A stretch of DNA of 64,000 bases from Balanoglossus misakiensis. Taxonomy: Eukaryota; Animalia; Hemichordata. Positions 1 to 12,200 of the stretch are shown one piece after another. Position numbers and translations under genes: made by a program. Under the pieces are notes generated by a model. The model saw only the letters and a list, made by a program, of their open reading frames with translations. It had not been told where the DNA came from and searched no databases. Positions within the stretch are counted from its first letter, which is position 1; the number at the start of each line of letters is the position of its first letter. Where the stretch lies: the NCBI GenBank assembly GCA_040954595.2, contig CM082582.2:7628063-7692062 (forward strand), in the 5' to 3' direction.

Positions 1-526
1 TTAAATTAAATTAACACATTAAATTAATAAAAAATAATTTTGACCAGAACGGGCCCCATACCCGGGCACCCCTAATTGAAAACGATTGCCGGAACGCCGG
101 ATAAACCTTTAAATTTCCAACTCCGGAAAACCTAACAATACGTCTTCCAAGGGTTTGATTTTAAACCGGCGTAGTTGGCTTCAAAGGCCATGTATGCAGC
201 CTTTGTCGACTTACTCGCATTAAAATGCAGCAATTCAGGACTTAGAATAGATGGGTCAGGGTGATATCCAAAATAATTGCCGCCTATTCTAACACAGGGA
301 AGTGTGTATGAATGACCTTAATAACATTTCCCAAATAGCATTTCCATACGAGAAAAGCATCAAAGAAATATATAATGTTCCCTGCCCAGACATTCAAAGG
401 AAGATAACCAATCATATTTTTAAAAATTGGAACTATTTTGTGATTGTAAAATATCCAGAAATACCGTATAAATCAAGGAAATTGTCGTTCACGATTTTGT
501 CCCGCCCCTTACCCAGTAACTCTTAC

Positions 527-1968
527 CTGTATAGTTCATTCAAGAACGTAACGACTTGCATGGGCGTGCTTCTGGCCGACAACTTGGTGAAGCCGACAAT
601 GTCACTGAAGTAGATGGTGACAGTCTCGAATAGCTCGGCTTCAACCATCTTCTTCAACTTCAGTTGTTCCGCGATGGATTTGGGCATCATCTGATAGAGC
701 AGGGTCTCGCTCTTCTTCTTCTCATCCCTGATTTGACGGGTTTGATCGGATATCTTCTTGCCGTACTTCGTCAGATTCGATATCATCCTGTAGATGTTGA
801 AAGTGTACCAGGCCCCCAGCGATAAGCTCAGCACTGTCACAAATATTGAGAGTAGAACGTACGTGATGAGTTCCGTCTGCGCTGCCTCCACGACGCGCGC
901 CAGTTGTGATGTGATTTCTTCCGTGTTCAGGGTCCTTATGTCCGCCAACACGTTAATGTACTGGGTGATGTTGAAAAACCAGTAATCCCCCATGAGGAGC
1001 GACAGCTCCGCCCCATATTTCTTGCAAGGATCTTGGTTTTCGTAAATTTCAGTTAGCATTTCACGGAGAGTTTCGTTAAGTGGATATTTTCCGTTCAGCA
1101 GAGATGTGTAGTCATCGATCAGGGCAGAATCGTACTTGAAAGCTTCCTCTAACATGACTTCTCCCTGCGATTCAACGGCCATGATCCATGTCTGTTGGGC
1201 TGAGCTCAGGGAGCAGCCGGCGTAGTAACTGGCCCCAAGAGCCCTGGCAATGCCGAACAGGTCGGTCGCTTTCAGTAAAGAAGCTTTGGCCACCAGAAGC
1301 GGCCAAAGACTCCCATCCCCAACTCCCACCAACCGGCTACCAGACACGTCCATCAAAGCGTCGTTTATTTCGGTGTAATACTTGATGTTGTACTCGACCG
1401 ACACGTGCACATTGTCTGCTTGTACGGCACTCCTGTGATTTTCCAGGAGGTTGAACAACTGCGTACTTGTCCGCAGGGTACGAGGCATTATCACCCCTCC
1501 GTGGCCGATGAGGACTCCCTTGTCAGGCCACGGCGATATGTCAAAAATGGCACTGTCTGTTTCCCGGTACATGTCTAACACAAGAGCCCGAACGCTCTCC
1601 GCTGACTTGTTGGAACTCAGATACATGGCGGAGAGACCGCGCTCCTTCTGCAAACTGATGACGGCCTGCCCGATCAGAATGTCTGTATTGACCAGTTGCT
1701 TCAACGCGAACGCCTTATCCTTCAACGACACCGTGTCGGCCACAGACAGCGACGACTGCACGATCAACGCCGAGATGGGAACGGCCATGATCATCATCAT
1801 CTTGGCCATCTTGAAGACGCGGCTGCCCTCTGAGTTTCGAATAAACTGGTAGAAACGCTGCTTTTCGGGCGATCGCTGCGATGTGCTGGAGCTGGCCACG
1901 GTTATCCTGCTTGTAAAGATGCCTTCCTCTTTGACGTTCAAGGCGTGAACCTTATTGCTGAATGCCAT
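527..1968 (-). CDS. First coding exon of a NIT-domain membrane guanylyl-cyclase-like protein (NIT-GC); gene continues beyond the left edge of the window
   Basis: First in-frame ATG at 1968 (MAFSNKVH...), with an in-frame TGA upstream at 2109-2107. Order: TM1 ([23 protein letters not shown]), NIT signature [14 protein letters not shown] and second-half GIARALG, TM2 ([24 protein letters not shown]), signalling helix [22 protein letters not shown], then class III cyclase start [31 protein letters not shown]. Ends at donor AG|GTAAGA (526), phase 2. Confidence 0.9.
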
Positions 1969-4900
1969 CCTTGTGTGTATTGCCCGTGTTTGTTCCGTAC
2001 GCCAACCGAGTCTCGAAGAAAGCAAGTTGTGTACAGTCAGTCCATCAACAGATTCGTAGGGAAACTCTGGATCGATGCATACAGCTGCAAGACTCCCAGT
2101 TAACGGTCACTCTTTCGCGTTGATGTCCTGCGCCAGTTGTTGCCAGTCTCTGGGGTCTCTTGGGCTAATAGTGACGCCACACACCACTAATACCTAATGC
2201 AGCTTTAAACTTGTAAACAGTCATAGAAATAAAAAAAAACGAGCAAAAAAAATAGCAAAGTTTCAAAATAAGATTTCTCCAGAATATAATCGCCAGCGAT
2301 GGCATCTGTAAGTGTTTTCCTGAAAATTGCCACTTGAAGATTCTGCCGAGGCGCGTCGCAAATCGATTCACAACGTCAATAGAAGTTCATGTTTTATGTC
2401 TCAGTAAGATGGGATCGTAAAATGCGATATAATCATCCCGCAGTCATCTTAAATAAGTTATCAGTCACGCATCCCATCATGCATAGCTTCCGCCAGTGAC
2501 GACTGACAAACAACGCCGTCAGGAAACGCACTGCGTCCGAATAGCAGTCTCTGTGTAGTCACGTCGTGATAATATTCATTGTCGTCAGATATTTTTATTT
2601 CAATATAGATACTTCGAGTTACAGAACAGTGCGTTTTCCCTACCATCCTTTGTTGGAGACATCAAGATTTTCACGAAGACCAAAGAGCGCTCAAAGGGAC
2701 AAAATCGCCAAATTTTAATGTAATTTGGGTTAATTCGTTCAATTTGAATGGCTTTTTATGATTTTCTGCTCACAGAAACGTGCCCAACGGCGTTTTGTAA
2801 TGGCTCAGTTCACAACCCACACTTCCATCATTTAATTTTTGCTCATCGCCAAAAATTATGTTGTAGATATATTCTGATAGTCTACCGGGTGCAGGCTGAT
2901 ACCACATCAATAACCCATTAAATGAATCTAAAATAATCAATTGATAGGTCGCTATACAGGTCACGACTGCATTACTATATAGGATACAATGTACATCCCT
3001 CTCAAAGAAGATAAACTACCCGTCTGAATCCTTTGGGGAAATTAAACTAAGTATTTCATAAAAACAGGATGATGACCTCCATCTTTTAAAAAGACTCCTC
3101 ACCCACTTATATGTTAACGGATAATAAAGTAATATGAAACTAGCCAGCACACACAATCGACGTCGAATGGGCAAAATCCCATTGTGCAACAGAGTGTAAT
3201 GAGTAGCTGACATTACCAGAAATCCTCAGTTGTGATTTTTTTTAAATAGCATTGACAGAATTATATTACGAAAATATCAATTTGAAGTAATAGGCTGACA
3301 GATTTGGTTTGTAGGGGTTCTGAGTGTTGACTTAATTTGACGTGTAAAACAATCATGTCAGAGATGTGACCAGCCTTTCGTTATCTTTTAGGCATTATTT
3401 GTCACTTTCTGCTCATCCTTGAACGAAATGTTCTCCGTCAGATTCATTCATTCATTATCTCATAAATTATGTACATTTCTAATGCTGAAGTCGGCCCCGT
3501 GGGCTTGCGTTGGTTATTCAACGGTATAAGACGTCTATTGAGTTTTATATGTCACACGTGAAAGTAACTGATCAAACGCATACGAGAGCTAAGTGTACTC
3601 GATCATTCAACCACTATTAGTAAAGAGCGAGAGTTGGTAACGCGACAAAATTAGTTATTCGCCGTAAGGCCCGGGCTATTTTGGAAGCGAAGTTAGTATT
3701 GTCATTGTATGTCTCATTTCCAGCATAAGATGAAATCTGTTACAAGTATTTTGATATGATGTCACCACATGAAGAGATGCTGGATTCAGATGACGAGTCC
3801 TTAAATTTTCGACATCCCCAGATAGAATTTAGACAAAAGTCCTATCTGAGACGTCTAAGAACATTTTCTTTACACAGTGCCATTGCTTACCTTTCCAAAC
3901 AGTCACGAAAAGAGCGCCACCAATAGGCCTACCGGAAGTACTAAGGCTCGATAATTTGTATCAGCACTGCGCAGTCGTATTCGCACTTTAGACCGCCATG
4001 TGATCTTGAACGTCCCTAAAACTGTAAAGCCAACGTGATTTTGACTGTTCTTATCAGTTGTTTTGTGGGCACTGCTGTGCATATATCCGCTAACCATTGA
4101 ACTGATTAGCTTTAAACAGAGAAAAGATAAAATACAGTCCCTTATCGAAGGGTGTAAGTTAATCCAAGAGATTAACGTCCCTAAACCGTTGCAGGGACAT
4201 ATAACACGGCTCAGGTTCATAGTACTACTGGGGTGGCACTTTGTGTAACTAGTCAAAGATCACCCCTGGAAAAGTACAAACAAGGGCAAATAGTTTTAAC
4301 ATGGTTGCTTTAAAAATACATTAAAACCTAAACAATAACAGCCGCAACTTTACTCATACTATGCCCACTGGCAGATAGAATCAGAGCAAAAAGCCAAACA
4401 CGGTGGTTTGGGGTCGTGTCTTGTTTGAATGAAGTCCAAGGCTACTTTAAAAACTAGATTAATCGAGTTTTCATTCAAGACAGAGAAAAATATCTTTTAG
4501 AAGTTTGACTGCCCGCTGTGCCAGGGAAAATACATTGAAGTTCGACCGGTACGCCGGGAAACTTTGAAAAGGGAGGACTTTGAGGTTGGTGCACTTTCGT
4601 AGTAAAAACAAGATGCCTTTAAGATTACCATTGGGCATGGTGAGGTAACTGTTACTGCATAGTAGTACTTCGTGTCTTCTGGCAAGCTACCACTTTTGTG
4701 TCATTCACGCTGTCTACACAAAAAGATTTGTTCTTCCACTTCAGAAGCACAACCTTGTGGAAACAAAGTATCTTCATGTGAGAAGATGGAATTTCCTGGA
4801 AAAACACACCCCGTTCTAAATTTCCATCGGCAATATTCAACTACATTGTGACCTACTATTGTATCAAGAATTCCTCATGTGGTTACATTATTTTCGGGTC

Positions 4901-5089
4901 AGGAAATATTGAATGTGTTTGCCTGAACCCAACTTTACAGGACTGTAAGTTCAGTTCAGGTCAAAAGGTTTAATACATTACTGAAAGTAAATTCCACTTC
5001 TTTCTAAACTTACTTATGAAAACACTGCGAGGGTTTCATTTGCCATGAATCACCTCAAGATGAAGAGTGACATAACATGTTTAAAACAA

Positions 5090-5095
5090 TTTATT
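5090..5095 (-). terminator. Probable polyadenylation signal (AATAAA) of the AC gene; 3' UTR about 1 kb
   Basis: tttatt on the + strand, followed on the - strand by U/GU-rich sequence. Confidence 0.45.
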
Positions 5096-6068
5096 TCAAA
5101 AACAACAACGTAACACGTCATTCAATATTTTTGTTTCAGTTGGTGTAGAATGCAGACACTAACTTCACAGCCATGATTATTGCAGTAGCCTTCTTCTGAA
5201 CCGAAATAAAACTTTCAAATGATACCAAGTCTGGTTACAATAAATTACAATCATGTTAAAACAACAAATAACTTACTGGTCATATCAGATCAATTAAAAA
5301 ATTGTTAACATTAAAAATAACATACTTGATATTAAGAAACTTTCTTGTCAACTTAAGACTATTTGTTATTGTCTCCTGGGTATAAAAAATAGTGTTTGGT
5401 AAACTTTAACAGTAGTGTCTGGGGTACCCATTGTTACGAGTTTGATCACATAATAATAACACAAAGTTAATTTTTTATACATACAAGTAACAACAACACT
5501 GGTTGCATAGAAAACAAAATATATATAGATATGTAAATGTGAAACATGTCAAACAATACCACATTTCAGGTTTTGCAAGGTACTTCCAAAAGAGCATTAA
5601 ATTATCACAACTGTACAATTGTAATTGTCCTATATGGTGTGTTGTTCAGCTTACATAATTGGTATTGATGTGGCAGTGAACTTGCATATATCAGAATTGA
5701 CCTTGTGACCCTTGTGGGACCATTTAAATCTTCAAATGTACACTATTCACACAGTTTGACAGTTTGAAAATGTCCGCATTCATTCCAAGATGCACCTTGA
5801 TGCTTTTGAATTGGGAGTGTCAGCTGCAAGTTGATCATTTTCACCCAAAGTGTCCTGTCCAGACCCTGGTTGTTTCGGATACACAACTCTTACTGTCCTG
5901 TCCAGACCCTAGTTCTGTAGCTCAGAGTCTTAATCCTTTATAGCAAATCATGTGTCTGATTGTTCAAGGGATGGGTTATTTGTGACCAGGGCTCCGGAGG
6001 CATTTGAACTAGATGGTGTAATTATCTCCTGCTAGGTGGGATCGCCGTTTCAAATGGTGCACAATTTT

Positions 6069-6215
6069 TCAATGGATGGCTGTCTGAGACAACGATTTGT
6101 CCAGTCTCTTTACAAGAAATGTTTTCAGTTGGCCTTTACCCTTTACCGTAACATACCCTCTACTCTGGCAGGTAAAGCCAAGATGGCTCAGCACTTTACT
6201 TGTCTCCTCTGTGAC
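6069..6215 (-). CDS. ADCY2: AC terminal coding exon 23 (VTEETSKVL...[12 protein letters not shown]...AIH*)
   Basis: Uncommon AAG acceptor (ttttttgttaccaag|GTC); 147 nt to TGA at 6071-6069. Confidence 0.93.
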   Translation of the reverse strand, partial: VTEETSKVLSHLGFTCQSRGYVTVKGKGQLKTFLVKRLDKSLSQTAIH

Positions 6216-9200
6216 CTTGGTAACAAAAAAAGAAATTGGTTAACATCATGTGACCATTTTCCTCTTCCCTTCCTATAAAATGGTGTGGCTAGTTTGGAGG
6301 GTGTATGCTGAATACAAACAAACTGATCACGAATGATTAGGCTGTGACTATCAAAATGTTTAAGTTTTGGGCATGAACATGACTGCAAGAAATGATTAGG
6401 ATTCGCTTCTTATAAAGATAAAATGTATATCTACAGATGATGATCTTTTGCAGATGTACATTGGGAAACTGATTTATATGTACCTGTATATGTCCTATGA
6501 CTCCTGTGGAATCCATGCGACTAGAAACATTCACAGTGTTTCCCCAGATATCATACTGAGGCTTCCTGGCACCTATCACGCCTGCAACTACTGGTCCATG
6601 GTTCATTCCTGGAAGATGCAACGCTCAGATTTGTAATAAAAGCTATTGCTGGCTGTGTAATATAGTACGGTGGTAATGAAAAACACATATACATGTTTTA
6701 GGGGATGTTCATACTTGGCTTAAACGGGCAATTTTCAATTCCTGGTTCTCGCATTAGCTCTTGTTGACATTGAGAGTTTATGTGGTGCAAACTTTTGTTT
6801 TCCGGTGAAATCGTTATAAATTAAGTTAATCTGCCAATTTACTTTTAGATAAAGCTGAAAAGAAGGTGTGCCTTTAAGTTCATGTCTAATGGTAAACTTT
6901 GGTTAGTATAAATGCCAGAAACTTGAACAGATCGGTCACAATGACTCTTTGTATGTCTGTCTCTCTCCGCAATACGCTTTCATGTAGACATCAATTCTGA
7001 GGACCAAAGCAATATGTCAGGCCTTACCTATCCTCAGCTTGAAATCATTGAATGAATGTTTATTGATATGTTCCAGTTTAGTCATCATCGCCATGGCAAA
7101 CTCTGTCAGAACGCCAACATAATATAAAGCCTGTTTAGAATGACTGTCATCCTGAAAAGAACAAGAAAGGGCAAAGTTAGTGAAAATACTCGGCAATAAT
7201 GCATATGTGTGTGTTTGTTTGTAAAGACACCCCATCGAGCTGTTTAGGATGAATCTCGGGAGGTAAATTATTGAGGATACATGTGTTAAAACACTCGTTT
7301 AAGCAGCAATAATGGTGTGTTTTGATATAAGTTATTTCTGTATAAAACTAAATATTTTTTTATTGGCAAGTAATGTGCGCAAGTTTCATCAGAAAATCAG
7401 CCTGATGTTTACTGTGACATTTGTTGTAAATTTCTCTTAGTCATTACATGATTGCTTTACAAATGATTAGTTTCCAATCTCCATTTGCAAGATTGTTATG
7501 ATCTCTAAAAGGATTTTTAATCATTTAAATGTACATTTGCAATGTTGGGAAAAGACTATTACATTAAGAAAAATTAATTTTTGTGTGGAGAACACGTCCA
7601 GAAAACAAACATTCATACTCAACAAATAAATGGAGAATACAATTGGTTGTCCTGGTACTTCCTGAAAGGCTGTGCTCAGAAGGCATTTCAACAACTTTTT
7701 GTGAGTAGAACAATTAGAAAGAAAAGATTAGTGTGGTCCTGCTGCAGGCAGGAAACTGAACATTAGAAAAACACCCTTTCCTATCACATGATATGAATGA
7801 CACCAACCTTATCATTTCCAGTTTCTTCCTCTTCGTCTATCCTTTCCAGTGTTTCCAGTGGCTTATCGTCGTCAGCATCGGTCTGGCCTTGATGAAGTCC
7901 AGCAGCTGCCATGTAGGTGCTGCCAATCGTCTTGATCTTCTCAACGCAGCTGTATTTAGGTTTGGACAAAAGCTGAGAGGAAGGAAAAAACGATTATGGC
8001 CCTTCTTTAGAGAAAAGCATCAAGGTGAAAACAGCAATTAAACCAATATCGCTTTTAGCAGAACTCCCTTGCCAATAGTTTCTCACAATGTAAGCAGGTT
8101 GTTGCCAACAACACTCGCTTCATGAGCAATTGCGCTGTAGGCATGTGGTTGTTCTCAAAGTCAGTCATTTTTTGTGTATTTTGAATGTCAATCTCATTTT
8201 TAAAATTGATGTGATCATTATGCTTGAAGCAACAATTTAATGATGTCTTCTTCACTATTAAAGTGGCCAATAAAATAAAACCGCAGGCTATACATCCTCA
8301 ACAAAGCAGCTCTTGGTGATATTCATTTCACATTTTTTTCGGATGTTCTTCAATTTTCTCATATCTCATTAATTTCACAACTTCTGCTCCTATTGTGGTA
8401 GTCATCTTTCTATGTTTCTTGAGCTTTGCGATTTACAGCTTACCTTGAAGTCTTTCTTGGACTTGCTGAGTTTAATACCTTGAATGATAATGATTGCTGG
8501 ACACAAATTGATGACACATCACTATGGCAACAGAGGTTCCATAATTGTGTTTGGATGATACAGCACTAGAAACAGAAACTCCACCTTGATATACGTATGC
8601 ATGCACACTCACCTCGTCGAAGTCGGCAATGATTTCGTTCAACAGTCGCAAACACTCCAGTCCTTCTCGGTTGACATCCGTTTCGGTGTAAAATTCCTTA
8701 TAGTTGGGTATGGAGGCAAACATGACGGCAATGAGGTTATATCTTTGGTGGTAGAGCTCCTAGAATGTTATTAAAATGGACACAGAGATATGGGACTTTA
8801 ATACACATAGCATACATGCAATTCTCAAATCAACAACAGCAATAATTGTTTTTTTATAAACATTAACATACATTGTTCTACTTTTTTATGTAAGATATAA
8901 TACAAATACCACAAAGACATGCACACATTCACTGACTAGGAAAACTGGAGTCATTTGCACATATTGTTTCAAACTCTTGAAAGAATCACAACATAAATTA
9001 CCATATAGTAATCGATTCTTCTGTTAGAAAAAGAGTATTAGATGTACTCAGCTTCAAATATGCATCTTTTCATCCGTCCAACAGCTGCTACACACAAAGT
9101 TTCAGTGCATTTAATTGGTTTGATTCTGCTCGCAAAGTCCTACCAGAAAATTAACAAGTATAATAATATAGATCGATACTCTTTTGAATATACTTACATC

Positions 9201-12200
9201 AGACTTCATCCCACATTTCAGAAAATGTTCAGCAACATGTTTAGGCAGGACGTTTTCGAGAAGAACTTTGTTCAAAGATTCCATGGTTTCCACCTCTTCT
9301 CTCTCTACACCGAACTTGGACTGCCACAGAAAATCTAAACGAGCTGTATACTCCATCTGTTAGGAAGACACGGTTGTCTGTTTTCATTAACATTGGGGTT
9401 TTGGAGTTTATATTTTCAACATATCAAACCCAAGCTTTAAGACAGATTGGTAATACAGAAAACCTGGGAATGATGCACTCTACAGGGACAATCTATCGCC
9501 ATGCATAATTTGTAAGATTCATTTCACTTGGGGAAAAACGACCTCGTGACATTTTGAAGTGAATTTTCTAAGAGGACAGCTTTGACCTGTGAACCCAATT
9601 TACTGATAACAGAACTATATGCCCACATTTTTATGTCTTTTAATTATTAGAAACCCTGAAAAAACCCCGCAAACTTCACTAGATTTATTTTTATCAATAA
9701 ATAATTGTGCTGATTATGCCATCTTCTGTCATGCAATTTCAAGATAATATGAAAGAAATGTCAAAAATTCAACTAAGCAAGCTCCAGTCGAACAAACCAT
9801 TCACATTGAGCCTTGTGTTTTCACTCAGTTTGCATTTACATTATTGATGATGTACAGCTCTGGTTTGAGCTCAAAGAGATAAACACCCAAAGTAGCTGAG
9901 TGATGGTACATAAATCGTTCTTGAAATTTCTCTTATGATGTCCATGCATCATTTATTTCCTCAACAACACACTTTTGAGAAATACCAATTGTAAATTTTT
10001 AATCTGACATTTGAATTTCATGAGTCATAGAACTAATAGACAAATTTTATTTTGTGAAGAACTGTACAGACAACATCCAAAGAATGATGCAATTGAAATT
10101 CTACATTGTATAATAATGTCATTTTCAGTTATAAAATTCAAATGTTACATATCCACGATGTGAAAGAGGTAGGTTATTATGGATGCTTTAAACAAAATTG
10201 CGTTAAAAGAATGATCAAAACTCAGAGTGGAAATAGGTCAATGTATCAATTAGTGATGTATTAAAGTAATGGGGAAGGTGTGTGTAGGTGGATGCTATGC
10301 TATAGCCCGAAGAAAGCACGGCTCCCGTTAAAAGTTCAAAGTATGCACACATCGTTGAAATTGATTTTTGACGGTTCTGTGTAAAGTTGAAGGAAAATAA
10401 CAAAAGGAGAGGAAATTTTAAATTTTCTAACAACTGTCCGTGTTATCATGTTCGAGCTGATATCTGACTGCGTGTAACTTATCATTTCTGTATACTTACT
10501 TGTCTGTCCAGTATTAGGAGGGTAACAAAGATGGTGATCAAGTAAACAGTGCCTCCCCACCGTGTGAACAGGTAGTCATCGTACCTGGTTGAAAAAGGAT
10601 ACAAAAACTATTAAAGGGGATGGGGAGATGCAATGCGCAGCTGAACTTTATTTCCAAATAAACAGTTTCATGCGCAGACTATTCATATTGTTTTTATATA
10701 TAGAAATGTCTGCAGGTCAATGAACGTATACATTAGATTTTCTTGTCATGAAATATTCAATTGAGCAGCTGATATCCACGCTTCATCGGCAGTTTGATCT
10801 CGATCTTGACCTTTATGCCAACTTTCAGGCAAATGGCCTGAAGAGTGTATCATTGACTTTCAGTAATTTATACCGGCCACCATCTTAATTGACAGACGGA
10901 CGTGTATTGTTTGCTTAATCCCTCTAATTTCAAAGCATATCTAACCTCCCTTTTCGGTATTTGTACTTTTTCTCAATGGACATGCAGATGTCCCGGTATG
11001 CGATTCAGTGTGAATGAACTGGGGGTAGTGGAAGGGGGGGCGGGGGGGAGGGGGGAATCTAAGAATCTAAACAGGTACTGTATCTGTTGTTATGATTACT
11101 GCTGCCTGCCACAACAAAATAGAATGCTGTTCTGACTGTTAACGGCCCATTTGTTTTACCACATGTCAAGGGCATTTCTTAAAAGAATTCAATCACATCT
11201 AATTTACATATGCTGATCAAGAGGGTGCATGTGTAAGTCTTCAAATAAACATGTACAAGTGGTGATACATGTCTGGTGTTAACAAAATCCACGTTTCTTG
11301 ACATTCTTGCAATCTTCTCCAGAATAAGAAGTGGCTTGCTTACCTGGTCTCGTAGTACATAGCATAGTCGTATTCATCAAACAACCTGGCGTGTGTGTAA
11401 TTAAATACCACCAAATATGCGACGGTTGCACCCAGCATCAAGATGCCCTTGAACCAATAAGTGACACGTAGGAACACCATGGTGGACATTAGCGCCAAGA
11501 CACAACTGATCATAAAATACTGTCAGATGGAGAGAGAAAAATAGTTTCAGTGAATTACAGATTGAAACTATAATCAGACACTGAGATGGATGTAAAGCTA
11601 TTAGATATTGTTCGATACTCACTGAAGGAGGGAAGCAGTTCGCTTGATCCAGAGGCGTGGCAGACTTATTAGTTGCCGCTGTAATATTGCGGGGATCACC
11701 TGTGGGTTGTAGCCTTGGTATCGACATCGGGTCACAACTGATCTACACAAAAATGGCGGGAAAAAAAACCGTCGTCACATATTCCAACTAAGAAGAATAT
11801 CTTGGAACAGAGAGTAATGAATGAGAAAGTTGAAGTTTATTAGGGACCATCTCCGAAGTTAATTTTTTTTCGTTTAGATGAAAACCTCCTCAATTTTATA
11901 AGCGAGAATAATCTTAAGTTCCCTTAAGCAAAATATGAGAAAAAGTTCAAGACTTAAATTTTTGAGGCACATACTATCTTAAAATGAAAAATGAAAACTT
12001 CTGGAGCATATTGGAATTGCTTTGACAAGCCCCCAGGACATTACAAAAGATGAAAGTGCACATTATAGTCACTGCTTGGCATGTAATATATGTGCTAGTT
12101 TGATAATCAAACCAAAATGCATCATGTGAGCTTTTTTTTTCATCTATCAAGCGGATCATCTTACAGCGTAACTCATTAGTAAACTGCATATTCAGGTTAC

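Noticed and set aside
1-520. Next NIT-GC exon, or ORF 302..613
   Set aside because: No cyclase continuation (xFD...YKVETIGD) found on the minus strand, so it is treated as intron. The + ORF has no recognisable features.
1188-1852. Plus-strand ORFs 1188..1385 and 1451..1852
   Set aside because: Antisense shadows of the GC-rich NIT-GC exon; no recognisable motifs.
1969-2025. TTG-initiated N-terminal extension of the NIT-GC ORF in the track
   Set aside because: Eukaryotic gene; the first ATG is at 1968 and nothing supports non-AUG initiation.
6000-6071. Stop-codon readthrough at the AC TGA
   Set aside because: The context is TGA-AAA, not a leaky TGA-CTAG motif, and another stop follows within about 20 codons.
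11021-11056. G-rich potential G-quadruplex
   Set aside because: Low-complexity G runs are frequent in this window and this one is C-rich on the transcript strand; no evidence of function.
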